From assembly GCA_963575745.1 (NCBI GenBank), contig CAUYUJ010000028.1, positions 62,001 to 119,415 of the forward strand: a stretch of DNA of 57,415 bases, written 5' to 3'. The DNA is from Prorocentrum cordatum (taxonomy: Eukaryota). The notes beneath the pieces are model-generated. The model was given only the letters and a program-made list of their open reading frames with translations. It was not told the origin of the DNA and did no database searches. The translations under genes and the position numbers were made by a program. Positions 35,900 to 49,408 of this stretch are shown piece after piece. The stretch's first letter is position 1, and every line of letters starts with the position of its first letter.

Positions 35900-38800
35900 T
35901 TTCAGCCAAGAGTACTCGGCCCGCCACATAGCACGTGTTTCTCACCCATCGCCACTTTCAAGGCAGAGCAGGGAGTGCCGATGTACAACGAGGGCCCCAA
36001 CGTCTTCGTCTTATTGTAGGGTATTGCCCGCCCAAGGCGGGACTTGCTCAAAAACTGCCAAGCTGGCACAGCACGTGCAAGCAGTTAACCACCTGGAACA
36101 ATGTTGAGATTGACTCTACTCCACCACGTATCGTCACCATCGTGCTTGCTGACATGAGCATGCGTGTTGGCAGGAAGGGTTGTGAACAGGTCGACGACGC
36201 CACGGGCGACCCGTATCAAAATTTTCAAGAGGACGAGATGTCCACGTGCGTCCGCAAGAGGTTTGAAGAATGCCACATGTCCTTCCTCGATGCCCACTTT
36301 GGTATTGGCCCTCGTTATTTTGGCATGACTGGCGCACGCAGCCGTATAGACTACTTCTAAGGCCCACGAGCCTTACTGGACATTGGCATACGTATGCGTC
36401 TGTTCTGGGATTCCCAGCGGCGCCTCCAGGCCCTCCCCCACATGATTGACCGCGTCCCGATGTACTTCCTCATACGCATACCAACACCAACGACCCAAAC
36501 TCAGAGCAAACATTGTTCCTGGGATTGGGGACCTGTGGCGGCATCCATGCAGACAGGTCAGAGGAGGGAGGAGTTTCTTGGTAAGATGAGCCAGATGTGT
36601 GAAGAGCGTTGTTTGTTGTGCCGTGCTCATGTTCTTGACGCTGAGCCCACGAAGCATGCAGGAGTGATCGCCCACGCGATTCGTGCAGTTGCGACGTCCG
36701 TTCGTTCAGCCGAACGTGCCGGTACGCCATGGTAAGCAGAGACCATGGGGGGAAGGAGGAGGTGTCTTCGTCAGAAGTCGGATCTCCGGGATCTCGGTTT
36801 CACTGTTTCGAACGACGCACATTTTAGCATTGATCATCATATTCGATCGCACAACAGATGGAATGATAAGTGGAGGAAAGGGTCGCTCGAGCGGGAGATT
36901 AGGGAAGCGCGGGTTATTCGTGGTGATTCGTTTACGTGCAGGCAGCCGAATGGGACCCTGGAAACGATGCGACTTGCTTTTCCGATGGGTCGTCTTAGTT
37001 TAGAAGATTTCCGTACTCCCCTTCGTAAGCCTGGTATTGAAGGTGGTCTTGCCGCCGTCGATGCCACCATGTGTATGTATATGGACTGAAGCCATCCAGA
37101 AGCTTATTGAGACCCCCCTGCCAGAGTTGCCTGGATTCGGACTTCGTTTTTTTCACTACCTCGGAGGATGTCCTGCAGGCCGAGGATGACTTGGAGCTCA
37201 TCAGGAAACGCATCGTGCGCAGCACCCGCCGCCGTTATGCACCACCATGGCCATGGCCAGTTGACGTTGCCAAACTGTCGCGGTCCGCTGGCCCCCATGG
37301 TCCGCCCGGGGATATCGAATGGGGGGCATGGGATCCACGTGGCGACGCCGCGACCCCGGCCCCGACCCGCTGGATTTCGAGGCGCAGGCCGTTGCCGTGC
37401 GAGAGCGACGGGCGGGGGTCACCGACGCCAGTCGCGTTGGCGTGGGGCTCGACATGCTCGTGCAATTGCTCGCGCATGCGCGCGCGTGAGCTTCTTCCCC
37501 AGCGCGCGCGTGCTAGCCGAGCCACAGCTATCTACGGGCCTGGTAAGACACCGACGAGGGATACAGTGGCAGACATCACCGAGTTCCTACGTCTTCTTCA
37601 TTGTGTGTGCCACTGGTGGAGACAATAGTTACGCGTTGGGCTTGTCGATACAAGCAGAAAGTACGACCCCCCTGGGCGTGCGGAGGCATCATCGTGAGGG
37701 GGAGGGCGTGGTTAATGACGATAGTCAAGCTTGTCATGTGGAAGTTGCGTAAATGTCATTTGTTTACTGCGTCGAATCCTGTGGCGTGCGAAGCGCTTTC
37801 GGGGCGGGCCATCACGAGCGCCCTTTACTGCGCATCGGGCGCGGGGCGTCGACGAGTACGACGATGAGCTACTCGCGCGTTATCGTTCCACAGGGTTATT
37901 GCATCATCAAGCTTGCGACTCCGATGTCACCGTGCACCCGGCCAATGGAGGCAGGATGGGGGGTTCCAGCGAACCAGGAGTATTCATGGAATCGCCCTAT
38001 TCACTGAAGGCTGCCTGGTAGAGATACTTCGTCATATCATTGGCAACGATCTCCATGTGAGGGCCCCTTGTACGACCGATGAGATGATGGAGCCCTCGGC
38101 GGTTCACCGGTGACCTGGTAAGAGCGTTGACCGCTGTATCGTGCGCATTCCAAGAAGCGTTGATCACTGTCTGTCTTGATAAGCGTACTCTAGAGCGCTA
38201 TCAACATAGAGGCGGCGCACAGCGCGCGGACATGCAATGCGCGTTCGTGCACCTCTCCGCGATCGCGGATGCGAGCAAAGCGGGGGCCAATCTATCAGGT
38301 GGGCCCATGATCGACCTTACCCACCTTGGCGTGCTGGTGAATGTTAGTGGCAGAAGCCGCCAGGAGATCAGTGCGCGCGTGCGGCAGGGTCGATTGTGCG
38401 ATGTGATGGTCCCCGGCGTGGCAAGCGCAGCGCGTTCCTTGCTGACGTCGCAGGCAGAGTATGGTCAGGATTGGGAGCGTAGGCTCCTGCACCGCTAGGC
38501 ACCAGAGATCTAGACGCGTCTTTGGCGAAGAAGTTGAGGGCCGCGCTGCGCGAGGGCTCGCGCGCGCGTGGAAGAAGAAAGAGGTTTCCAAGAGTGGCAA
38601 TCCCCCCCCCCCCCCCCCGCGCGCGGGCGTCGAGCTCGCGGGCGGGAGGTTGGGGTGGCGGCAGGCAATCTCTAGGAACCCCGAACACCATCGCCACTAT
38701 CTTCGCATCTTTTAGGGGACTGAATTTGAGGTGCGTGCTCGCACGGCTGGCAACGAGGTCGCTGACGTCGCGGCGTTGTCGGGCGGCGAGCTGCAACCCT

Positions 38801-39350
38801 CACCGAACGTTCGCCCCTGGGCGCGTCAGCTTTACTGGGGCCTGGCAGTAGCGCTTGCGCGCCCGATCGGCCAGGCGCTTAAGGAAGTCTGGCAACCGCG
38901 TATTATGGCGCAGTTCTTTGGAAATCCGGAGGTCTCTGAGGCTTTTTTTCAGATATTGCGACTTTCGTGCGATGCGGGCGACGGCGACGGCTCGCGAGTG
39001 CCCCCCCCCCCGCCCCCCCACCCCGCCCGAGTTTTTTTTTGCGGGGCCAGCTGCCCAGGGGCGAGGAGGTGGGAGACGTGGGGGGCGATGGGGCCGAGCT
39101 CGTTCCGAGTCGTGCGCGCTTCGCCACTCGCAGGGAGCTTGTCAAACATCAAATGAACGCCACCGCGTTGCGAGGGCACGGCGCGCCACCGATCTTGCCT
39201 GTTATCGCGATCGATAACCAGTGCCTGAACTGCCAGACCGTCCTCAGTTGCGCGGGCCAAGCCAGGGGGCATCTCGGCGTCGCGTGGAGAGCTGGGCCCG
39301 AACCTTGCCCGTCACGCGCGCGAGTGGGCCCCTTCGAATGAGTCGAAATA
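35900..39350 (+). mobile_element. Highly decayed non-LTR retrotransposon ORF2
   Basis: Fragments in expected order: GPRYFG..ARSRIDYF (APE end), GGRMGGSSEPGVF, IIGNDL, THLGVLVN..QEISARV (RT thumb), CLNC..H; many stops and frameshifts. Confidence 0.6.
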
Positions 39351-42300
39351 CCGGCTGGCGACTTGGTCGAGCGCCAGCTCCACTGCGATTCGCCGACGGA
39401 GTTGCGAGAACACCTGGCGGCGTGCGTCCCGCCCTCCTCCGTGGGATTTCTGCCCGGAGCCTCGCGGCCCCAGCCAGGGCGCTGCGCCCGCGGCCCGGCC
39501 AGCGCGGCCGAGCGGGCGCCCCCGCCGCCGGCGCCGCGAGCCCCTGAGGGTGCCGAACATGCGCGCGCTCTTCTTCGCGCCGCGCGCGCTCGACTTGCCG
39601 AATCCCGTCGGGCCCGCCGACTGGGCGCGTAAAGCTCCTGCGGCGCAGCGCCGACGACCGCGCGCGTCTCTCCTTCGGCTTGATCGATCGTGGCGATCGA
39701 CCCCTGCAGGTGCCGGGCCATCTAGAGTCACGGCCGCGAGTGCACCGCTGGAGACCGTTTTCTCTTGAAGCGGCGATGGCCCGGGTTGTCCGGGGGGGGG
39801 GCTGGCCGATTACCTAGCTTTCGCGCAGTGGGCAGCCCTGCGTATGCCCGCGCTCCCCCGCCGTTGACCCGCGCAACCGGCGACCGGCAAGGTTTGGTTA
39901 TCTGGGGGGGGGGGGGGGGGCGAGCCAGTTGGCCCCGCTCGTTGCCGGACCTTCAATAGAGACGATCCCCCGCTGGCCCCGCGACCAACGCCAGCGCAAG
40001 ATGGCGGCGGTAGCGGCCCTGCTGGGGGGGGGGGCCCGCAGGTTCCGCAGGCGGCGACCCGACCGCGCGCGGCGTGGGGGGCGGGCGCGGGCTCGCCCCC
40101 TGGCCCCGGGAGCTCTGGCAAAGACGCCGAGCCTTCCGCGCGCCAGCTTCCTCGCGACGCGGCGGCCTCGCGGGCGCGAGGGCGACGCAGATCGACGCGG
40201 GCGAGAGCGCATCCGAAAAGGGGCGAAGAGAATGGGGACAAAGGCGTGGGTGTGGGGGGGGTGAACAACCGCCACGGCGGTCGCCGCCGCCGCAGAGGCA
40301 ACCGCGCGGAGAAGAAGGGGGCCAACCAGGACGCGGCCATCCAGCAGTGCCTCGCCGTCATCGCGAAGCTCACGCTTCAAGCCGCCCAGATGCGGAGGCT
40401 CACGATGGCGACCGTGGTGGGCGCGTTCGCGGCCCCCGAGGATCGCCGCGTTATCGTCGACCTTGAGACCGCCCTCGGCCAGCGCCGCATGGAGGTCGCC
40501 CCGGCCCGCCGGGGGGGCTCGGGGCACCTTCGAGCAAGGGGCGGCCCCGCCGCCTCCCTCACGGTCGCGCCGATCGAAACCTTGGCAGCATGCGGCGTCA
40601 GCGAGCAAGAAGCAGCTCGCCGACTAGATCGAGCCGACCGACGGGCCGGAGCCCGCGGTGAGCCGTGAGACCCTCGACCTCGAGGTGCAGGCCGTCAAGA
40701 TCGAGTCCCTGTGAGACGAGGCGCAGGCCAAGCCCATTCTCGCGGCTCTTCTCTGGCCCATGCGAGGGGTCATCGCCTGGGCGTTCAACGCGGAGGGATT
40801 GGCTTCGAGGATGACGGGAGTTGCCCCAGCGGGATAACTCGAATACGGGCTGTCGACATGGATTGACGCACTGACCAAGTGAGTCTTCGATCTGTGCAAG
40901 ATGAGACGCTCGCTGCATCTGTGGGACCCCGTGTCTTCTGAATTCTCGGAGCAGTGTGGCGCGTGGCGCGACCTCCTGACCTCGTCGATCCTCCACTTGC
41001 GGGCTCCTCAAAGTAATGGCCGTGGGACGATTAGGTTCATTGCGATCGCTCTCTTTAGATTGGCCTCCGCCAGGGCCGAGCATCCTCGCCAGTGCAGCGT
41101 AGTTTACGGAATCCACCCGCAGGCTTGCTCTGCCCGCGCTGTTGCCTGATGCGCGTAACGCGCTCGCCCCATGCTTGCGTAGCGGACCGAATCACAAGGG
41201 CGCCGTCCTGCACCGGCCTATCAGCTGCCATCCACTGTGCCTATTGGTTCCCGCGGTGTGAGGCCCAGTCGTCGAGGAAAAAGGGGGACTCCTCCTGATC
41301 CTGCTCTTCCCCCCTCCTCCCCCGAATACCCCTCCTTTCTTCTCCGTCTTTTACCTGGTCCTCCTCCCCCTCCTCCTCCTCCCCCCCCCGCCCTCCTCCC
41401 TCGCCTTCCTCCCCTTCCTCCTCCTCTCGCTTCCCTCCCCCCCCCTTCTCCTCCTGGCTCCCCTGCGCGGGCCCAGCATAGGTGGCAAAAGGCGACCCTC
41501 CTCGCGTCGCTGCCCGGGCCACCGCCGAAGGGCCACCGCCGAAAGGCCACCGCCGAAGGGCCGCCGCCGAAGGGCCACCGCCGAAGGGCCGCCGCGCGGC
41601 CCGGGGGACGCTCGCCCAGGAGGGCTCGCTGCAGGAGGAGCTCGGGCTGGGCCCCTGAGGGGCCGCGCGGGGGGCGGGCGCGCCGCGGACCGCCGCGCCC
41701 GGGGGCCAGGGGCAGCGGCGGCGGCGAGGACGGCGGCGGCGGGGACGAGAGGGGGGGGAAGGGGGCGAGGCGAGGAGGAGGAGGGGGGGGGGGGCTAGGG
41801 CGAGGACGAGGGGGGGCGAGGACGAGGACGAGGGCGGCGGCGAGGACGAGGGGGGGGGGGCGAGGCGAGGAGGAGGGTCTGGGCTTCCAGGGAGGCCGCC
41901 TGGGCCCCGCTGGGAACTCGGGCCGTCCTGTGCGCGCGCCGCGCGCCGCGCGCCGCGGCGCAAGCCGGGCGCTGTCCTCCAGGATCCTGGAGCCGTGCTG
42001 GGTCGCGCGGGGATCATGGCAGGGCGCTCGCGGCAGGGCGATTCTCCCTGGGCGGCTGCAGCTTCCGGAGGGCGGCGCCGCCACAGCCCGCGGGTGTGGC
42101 CCGGGGAAGAATCCACTGCGGGGCGAAGGTTTGTTCGAGGAGGGCAGCGGGGGCTGTCTGACGTGAACGGGCTCCCCTGCATGGTTGCGTTGGCTCAGGA
42201 ACCGTCGCTCCAGAGTTGCTGTGCGAGTGGGCCGCTTCTTTCCTGTGGCGGCGGCAGGGAGGGCACAGGGTGCGGTCCTGAGGTTCCGCTGCCGCTGAGG

Positions 42301-43333
42301 ATCTCAGGCCTAGAGGTTAACACCAACACCAAGATCGGCAGTGTGCCTGCACCGAGGGAAGCAGATCCCGGTGTCGGTGATGGTGGTAATCTTCTGGCAA
42401 CCAATGTGGCCGAAATATTACCTCCAACACCGAAATCGAGGACGTTCCTCTGTGGAGGCAACCTCCTGTGTTGGTGTTGGTGCCCATTTCCAGGCCTCCA
42501 AAAGGAATCTCTCACCAGGGAACCCCCGCGACAGTTTGCGTGCTGGGCTCGGGAACGCTGCGTCAGCAGGCAGCTTCTCTGCAGCAGCGAGGTGGTGGCA
42601 CCGTCGCGAGTATAAAGCCGGGGCACGTTCAGTCGTATTCCACCAGGCGTTGCAGGTGGGCAGCGTAGAGTGCACAGTGCGAGCCTACGAGCAGAATGTG
42701 CAGCAATCGCACACGCACACACCTCAACAGTGTCGAGACCCAGCGCGTGGTCAACTTGTGCGCGCGAGGGGGACATGTGAGCGACGACGAAAAACAGCTT
42801 GAACTGCGCCGACATCCGCGCGTGAGCTTCCCGCGGAAGGCCGCGCGTAAGCGCCTTCGTCTCCAGGGCAGCGTGCCGCACTGGCGGCCCGCGTAAGCCG
42901 CGGCGTAAGGTCCCCACGCCACCTTACGCAAGTTCGGTTTCTCTTCGTAGCCCATTTAGTGGCAGGACGGCTCGTTGACCTCTGGGACATCTGGCGCTCC
43001 AACTTTTGCGATGTGTGGACCGCCTGAGGTCTGGACCACTTCCACACGGCCGGTTTTTCATTCGGGGCTGTTTTTAAAAGGCTCCCAGGGCCCGTTGAGA
43101 ACCCCCAGAGGCCGCAAACGGTGAAAAAAGTTGGCCGTTCCCCTCGGATCTTCGGGCCCCCTCCGGCCAGATGGGTGCCAGGGTGTACGCCTGCTGCGAC
43201 CCTGGCCGGGCTCGCCTCGGCCCTAGGCCGCTGCACAATAGTTAGGCCTTCCTGGTCGGATCTGGCGTTGAGGGTGCAGGCGCCGATCCTGGGATCGGGA
43301 CAGGCCACTGGTGAGGCAGGTGCCGGCTGCAGT

Positions 43334-43575
43334 CATCTGGGCCTCCTAGATGGGGTCCGAGTAGGTGGGGTCACAGGATCGCGCCGCATCGCCGATGAAT
43401 CGACGATGCGGCTCGATGTGAAGCCCGGTTTTCTCCGCGCTGGCGTCGCCGAAGTTCCGCCGATGCATCGCCGATGCATCGCCGATGCATCGCCGATGCA
43501 TTGTCGATGCATCGGCGATGCGGTGCGATGCTCCGACCTCGTCTACTCGGACGCCATCTAGGAGGCCTCTAAATG
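43334..43575. mobile_element. MITE-like TIR element, homolog of the 13956-14230 intron
   Basis: ggcctcctagatggggtccgagtag...ctactcggacgccatctaggaggcc with internal (gccgatgcatc)n; CAT...ATG ends flanked by AGT on both sides. Confidence 0.85.
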
Positions 43576-46500
43576 AGTGCCCACAGCAAGGGTGCAGTCC
43601 TTCTCAAGGCTATCCCTGCATCCGTGCCTCTTCGGTCTTTGGCCCATCTTTGTCCCGTCGGTATTAATCAAGCATGAGTATACTGTGTGTGTGTGTGTGT
43701 GCGTCGTCCACCCAGGGGCGACGCGCGCGCAGAGAAATCTTATCGCTTAAGCTCCATGGCGTTTTCTTGCCATGCCGCTCGCGGAAACGATGCACCACAA
43801 TCTGTTTGTACCATATGTTTGGTTCGGGCGGGCTTGTCCGAGGAGGGCGCACCGTGCGAGACGCGTTCCATCCCGTCTCCAGGCCGGACGCCGCCACCGT
43901 TGCCTCAACACGTGCGACCTCCAGGATCCAGGGCTCCTGCTCCACTGCACGGCCGCCTCGCCGTGGCTCGTGGCTGCGCAGCTGGCTCCCTGCTGCCCTG
44001 GCCCCGAGGGTGGCCAGGCGGCTGCGGGTCGAGTCTGCCGTGCGCCAGAGCCGGATGATCGCGGGGGGTGCTGGGCGGATCGGGGGGGTGCACGGGGATG
44101 CCAAGGTGGTCATGTCTGGCCCACTTTGGCTCACGCGTCGGGTTGCAGATGCTCGGAGCGCCACGCAAGCCATGCGCGCCACGGGTTCCAGGTGTACCAG
44201 GCACCACGGAGACCCGACCATGCGAAGCGCGCCGAGTGCGGCACGTGCTCCACGTGCGCCAACCGTGCCACGTGCTCAAGCCGCGCAGGGAGCGCCAGCT
44301 ACGAGGAATCGATAGGGACCGCAGGTGCCTGGGGCCCCGGCCCAATGAGTTCAGGATCTTGAATCCCCCTTGAGCGAAGTGCGGAGCGTTCTGTGAGAAG
44401 GGTGGCTCCTCCAGGGAGCGCAGAGCACCAGCACCGATTGACAAAGTGTGACATCTTGAGGAGTCATGGAACACATGAGAACTCGGAGAAAAGAGCGCCC
44501 TGCGCATACTCCATATTTGGAGCCAATGTGCATTTTGCATGATTTTCGACAGGGATGGTCGACCTGCGCACAGCAAGCAATATGCTGGCACCCCGCCGTC
44601 CCTGTCAAATGCGAAATGGTCGCGGGGCGCCCGCGCATGCTCCCGATCTGGAGGCAAAGTGCTTTTTTAAACATATTTTTGCAAGTTCTGGTGTGCGGGG
44701 GGGTTCTCATTGGTCTGGGTTGGCTGGCAGTCGCCTGGGGGAAAAGTGATAACCCCTCTTCGAAGGGGAAGAAGGGGGGTTGGAAGGGGAAACGCTCTGA
44801 ACCACTCACGCCCAGAGAGCTGGTGGGATTGGCCCCCCCCCTCTCCCCCCAGGAGGCCAAAGTATGCCCCAAACCTTTGAAGTACAACTGATTGTGAAGG
44901 CCTGACGGCCGGTGCCGCCGACCCTAATTGACATCGACGACGACCAGGAGGGGGAGGAGGAGGAGGAGCAGGAGGAGCAGGAGGAGGCGGAGATAAGGAG
45001 GAGGAGGAAGAGGAGGATGAGGAGGAGGAGGATGAAACCTTTGTAGTACAACTGATCTGCGCTTCCTCGCCGAGGCCTTCTTGGACGCTCTAAATGGGTC
45101 GCGGGGCGCCACGTCCAGGTGCTGGGGTGGGTTGGGGTTGGGCCCCCCCCTCCCAAAGGGGAAGAACGGGGGTTGGACGAGGAGGAGGAGGAGGAGGAGG
45201 AGGAGGAGGAGGAGGAGGAGGAGGAGGGAGGAGGAGGAGGAGACGCTCTAAACCACTCACGTCCCAAAAGGCTGGTGGAGCTCCGCTGACTGCGCGGAGC
45301 CCTCTTAGCCCGCATCGCTAACCCCCTTCAGCCACTTGGGGCATTTGTGGCCCACATACAAGCCAGGTTGGGGGCCATATGGAACCATCTTGGCATCTGC
45401 GTGTAATCCCCTTTTCCCCTTGGCAACCCCCGCGGTCATCCTAGAGGGGTCTGGAGGTGACCGGTTCTTAGATCCCAGGGCTTTCACCGGGACCAGCTTT
45501 CCACTCCGAGTCGCCTTTTCGTCGTCCCCAGGGCTCGGCAGGGGCCTCGAGGGCCTGCAGACGGGGACGCCCGCTTCTCTCGGGCCCCCTCTGGTCGGGG
45601 GACGTCCACTGACCACCTCGCCGATCCTCCTGGCCAAGGAGGATCGGCGATCCTCCTGACCACCTCGCCGATCCTCCTGACCATCGCCGATCCTCCTCAC
45701 CTCTGAACACCCATCCTGGGCCAAGGATCGGTGCATACGTCCTCCTGGCCTGGGCCCAGCACCGACCCTGGGCCCGGGCTGGGCTCGGTCGGGATCGGCG
45801 AGGGGGTCGGTTGGCGCCCCCGGTGTGGCTCCTGGCGGCGAGCAGGCCGTTAGGGTCCCAGCAGCCCGCTCGGAGAGAGCCCGCGTGCCGCTCGGACGAA
45901 ACAGGGCCAGCGCTCCTTGCCGCCGCCGCTGACGGCGACGGCGGCGACGGTGATGGCAGCGATGTCGTCCTCCCTCCTCCTCCCTGCCCCCGTCTTTCTT
46001 CGTCCCCCTCTTCCTCTTCCTCCTCCTCCTCCGCCTCCCTCGTGCTCCTCCTCCAGGAGGCGAGGGGAGGGGACGTAACGGGCGGGAAGGGTGGTCTGAG
46101 AGAAAGGCTCGGCTCCCAGAGGGAAGGGAGAGAGAGGGGCCCGTGGCAGAAGAAGGGTCCCATCGGTCGCAGGTCAACCGCTTTTTTAGGTGTTGCTCTT
46201 GTGATTGCTTCCCCTGTCCACCTTGTGGGGTGTGCGACCTGGTCCACCCTTGTGGGGCGGCGGAGAGCTTGAGAGATCCACCCACAACAATTTCATCTTG
46301 TGGGGTGTGTGCCCTGGTCCACATGTGTGAGCCTGAGCCGCCGCTGGCCGATGTTCAACAGCATGATGGTCCGACATGACCCAACGGTGCGACTCCTGGA
46401 GCAACGCCTCAGTGCAATAATGGAAGCTGGCGACCAGGCGATCTTCCCTTGAGATCTTGACCCTCAGATTGATCATTCAATGGCTACGTAAGGTTTCGGC

Positions 46501-47099
46501 TTACCGCTGGGGGCGACCCTGGCTGGTTCTCAGACGCCTTTGACTCACGCGCCTTCTGCGCCGCACAATGGTTTCGGCCTTCCGTTTTGGGCAAATCAGG
46601 GTCCCAGGTTGGAGGTTTCGACCTCATCCGTGCTTCGCTTGAGACAGCTCGAGCTGGAAGGCATCTCCATCCCATCATCACTGCTGGAGCCCGTGTTCGT
46701 GCCATGGAGCAGACGTTCGACGTTGTGCTTGCGTTTTGGCACTTCGCACCGCGCGAGTTCTACCTGATCGGTTTGTGCGACCGGTACACCCACAGCTTAG
46801 CCTTCCTTTAGTAGGGCGTCTGAGTTCCCAAGGTTCCACCGGTTACGCTGCAGCTTTGCCAGTCCATGACACTGTTGAATTCTGAGGCCAGGTCATGGCA
46901 TGGCATGGCTGAGCCGAGCATCCAGAAGGACGCGTGGGCAGAAAGGCGCACGATTGGCAGCTCTTCGTGGCATTGAAGGAACACCTAGCAGGTGGAAAGC
47001 GAGCACACAAAGGCTCGACAGTGAAGCATAAAAAACGGAGCGCATCACGACTGTGGCGCAGGAAACAAGAGGGGAGCGGGAGGGGAGGAGGAGGAGGAC

Positions 47100-47700
47100 G
47101 AGGAGCGGGCAATTCGAGTTACACACCAGACAAATCGTACACCGAAGTCGCCCAGAGCTGTCGCGGGCGCCCTCGTTGCCAGCAGCGTGCCCAATTCTTG
47201 GGAATGCCATCCGCATCGCACAATACGTCTTTGATCAGGGAAGGGACCTGGTGACCTGGCGATTCTACTGTACAGAGCTATTTGGCGTTCCTTCAGAATC
47301 TCAGATAATGGTGTCGACGACGCTCGCTGCAATACTTCAGTGTTTCGAACACGAGAAATCAACGAGTGGGGAATACCAAGTGGGCGTTGCAAGTATTTGC
47401 AGTGGAAGCTGTCCAATCTGGACCTGTTTGCTTGTAGCAGCTATACAGAATCCAAGGAGTACATGAGCTTGCCGAGCACGCAGCTGGAACATAACATGCA
47501 TTTCCGTTTTGGTCCAATTTACTCGGTGGCCCATATCTGATCCAATCGCTTTCGTCGCTACCTCCGTCGTCGCCTGGTCACCTCCGTCGTCGCTTTCCCG
47601 TCGCATGTGATCGGCCTCCCGAGGTACATAGCTTCGTGGGCTATTTTGATCGGCTCGCTGGTTGGCCTGGAAATTCAGCTGTCTGTTGCAATATTCATTT
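47100..47700 (-). mobile_element. 3' fragment of a decayed RTE-like LINE
   Basis: AMYLG, then LDSFHCKYLQRPLGIPHSLISRVRNTEVL..LSEILKERQIALY, typical of the post-RT region of RTE-clade ORFs. Confidence 0.65.
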
Positions 47701-48407
47701 GCATTGTTTGCTCCCAGTTCAATTCCAGCCCGTACTTGTGTCCTTCAGCAACAATTGCCGCCAAAAGGCCGCTCAAGTTTGCAACGTGTCGTGAAACAGC
47801 AGCGTGCCATCAGCGTAAAGGATATCGCGCGACAAAACGAATGCCGGTTCCGCTTGGAGATCAACAGTGAGACAGTTTGTCTTCATCGGGCGGTTCATAC
47901 ACGAAAGTTAACAACTTTCGCCGCTTCCGTGGCCGCCGCCCCCCAATTGGGCCTTATCCGTGGGTTCGTTGCGCTCGATCATAAAATTGTTTCTGACCAG
48001 AACACCTAGATTGCAGGCAGTCAGTAAAGCTGATCAGGTTTCTTTCCAAGCAGGGCAGGTCCAGGCAGAGCTTAGCAAACAACGGGCACCATGCTTGGTG
48101 AAGTCACGTGTTTCGCAGGGGCCGTGTCGATTAGCCCCGCGATTTCCACCACGAACCATATGCGGCGCTCGTTTTTTCTGAAGGCCCTGGCGCGGCTGTG
48201 GTCTGTGGACTGGTCCACGAATTCCGTGATATGGTGCGGCCCAATTTCCGCCTCAGGCCCGAGTCTGACAACATCCGACAAATCTCAGCGGAAAATCGTG
48301 CTGCCGAGGATGGCTTCCATCGCCGCAAGACCCCCCAAGGGCTAACTTCCAGATCTATCTCATTGCCTTCGAACCATCCCGCCACCGTGCTTGGGTTGCG
48401 GGTCAGT

Positions 48408-48572
48408 CACCACCCACCAAACCACCCCAACCCAACCCGAAGGCTCAGATTTACCCTCGATTTCTAGTGGGGGGGGGTCCGGGAACATCGAAAAAACACG
48501 TATGGACTCCATACCCCCCCCCGACCCGAAATTCGGATTTTCGGGTTGGGTTGGGGTGGTTTGGTAGGTAGT
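48408..48572. repeat. Short fold-back element with ~40-bp inverted arms
   Basis: accaaaccaccccaacccaacccgaa ... ttcgggttgggttggggtggtttggt, with an inner G-run/C-run pair. Confidence 0.8.
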
Positions 48573-49079
48573 CAGGGATGCTTCTCGGGGTCTCTTCGGA
48601 GCGCTCTCGGGGGCCTCCTGCGGGGCCGCTCGGGGCCTGCCGGGAGCGACGACGGCGTGGAGGACGGGCACGGGGCCCCCTCGGCCGCTCGGGAGGTGAT
48701 AGACCACAACGACTGGCTGCTGCAGATCGAGCGCGACCTGTCGAAGGCCCGGGGCGCCGCCGCCGCCGCCGCTCCGAAGACCCTCGGCGGCACTCGGGTG
48801 CACCTGGCGGCCTCCACGGCCCTCGGTGTCCACGGGCGGCCCCCGGCGGCCCTCGGAGGCCTTCGGCGGCCCCTGGGGCCGTCTGGCGGCCTTCGGCGGC
48901 CACCAGCGGCGGGGGCCCCTGGCGGCCTTCGCTGGCCCGGGCAGCTGCGCGGCGGCTGGCGTTGACAGACGGCGTCGTCGTCGCCGCAGTCGTCGTCGTC
49001 CGTCGTCGTTCTGCTCTGTTGCTGCTCTGTTCCTGCTCGAGCAGGGCGAGGAGGAGTCGGAAAAGCACGAGGCGGGAGA

Positions 49080-49377
49080 AGATGATGACGCTGATGTTGT
49101 TGTTGATGGTGATGATGATGCTGTTACTGATAATGCCAATGACGACGACGATGACGACACAGAGGGTGATGATGATGATGGTGGTGGTGGTGATGATGAC
49201 GATGATGATGATGATGCTGATGGTGATGCTGATGGTGATGACGACGAAGACGACGATGATGATGATGATGATGATGATGATTAGGATGATGCTGACGACG
49301 AGGATGGTAATGACGATGCTGATGATGCTAATGATGATGCTGATGATGATGATGCTGATGATGATGATGATGCTGAC

Positions 49378-49408
<31 letters not shown>

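Noticed and set aside
40246..40880. Coding-like stretch (AKLTLQAAQMRRLTMATVV..), possibly a decayed retroelement ORF1
   Set aside because: Interrupted, with no motif I can assign confidently.
44795..45290. Short duplicated motifs (aaccactcacg..gctggtgg; tttg.agtacaactgat)
   Set aside because: Too short and irregular to define an element.
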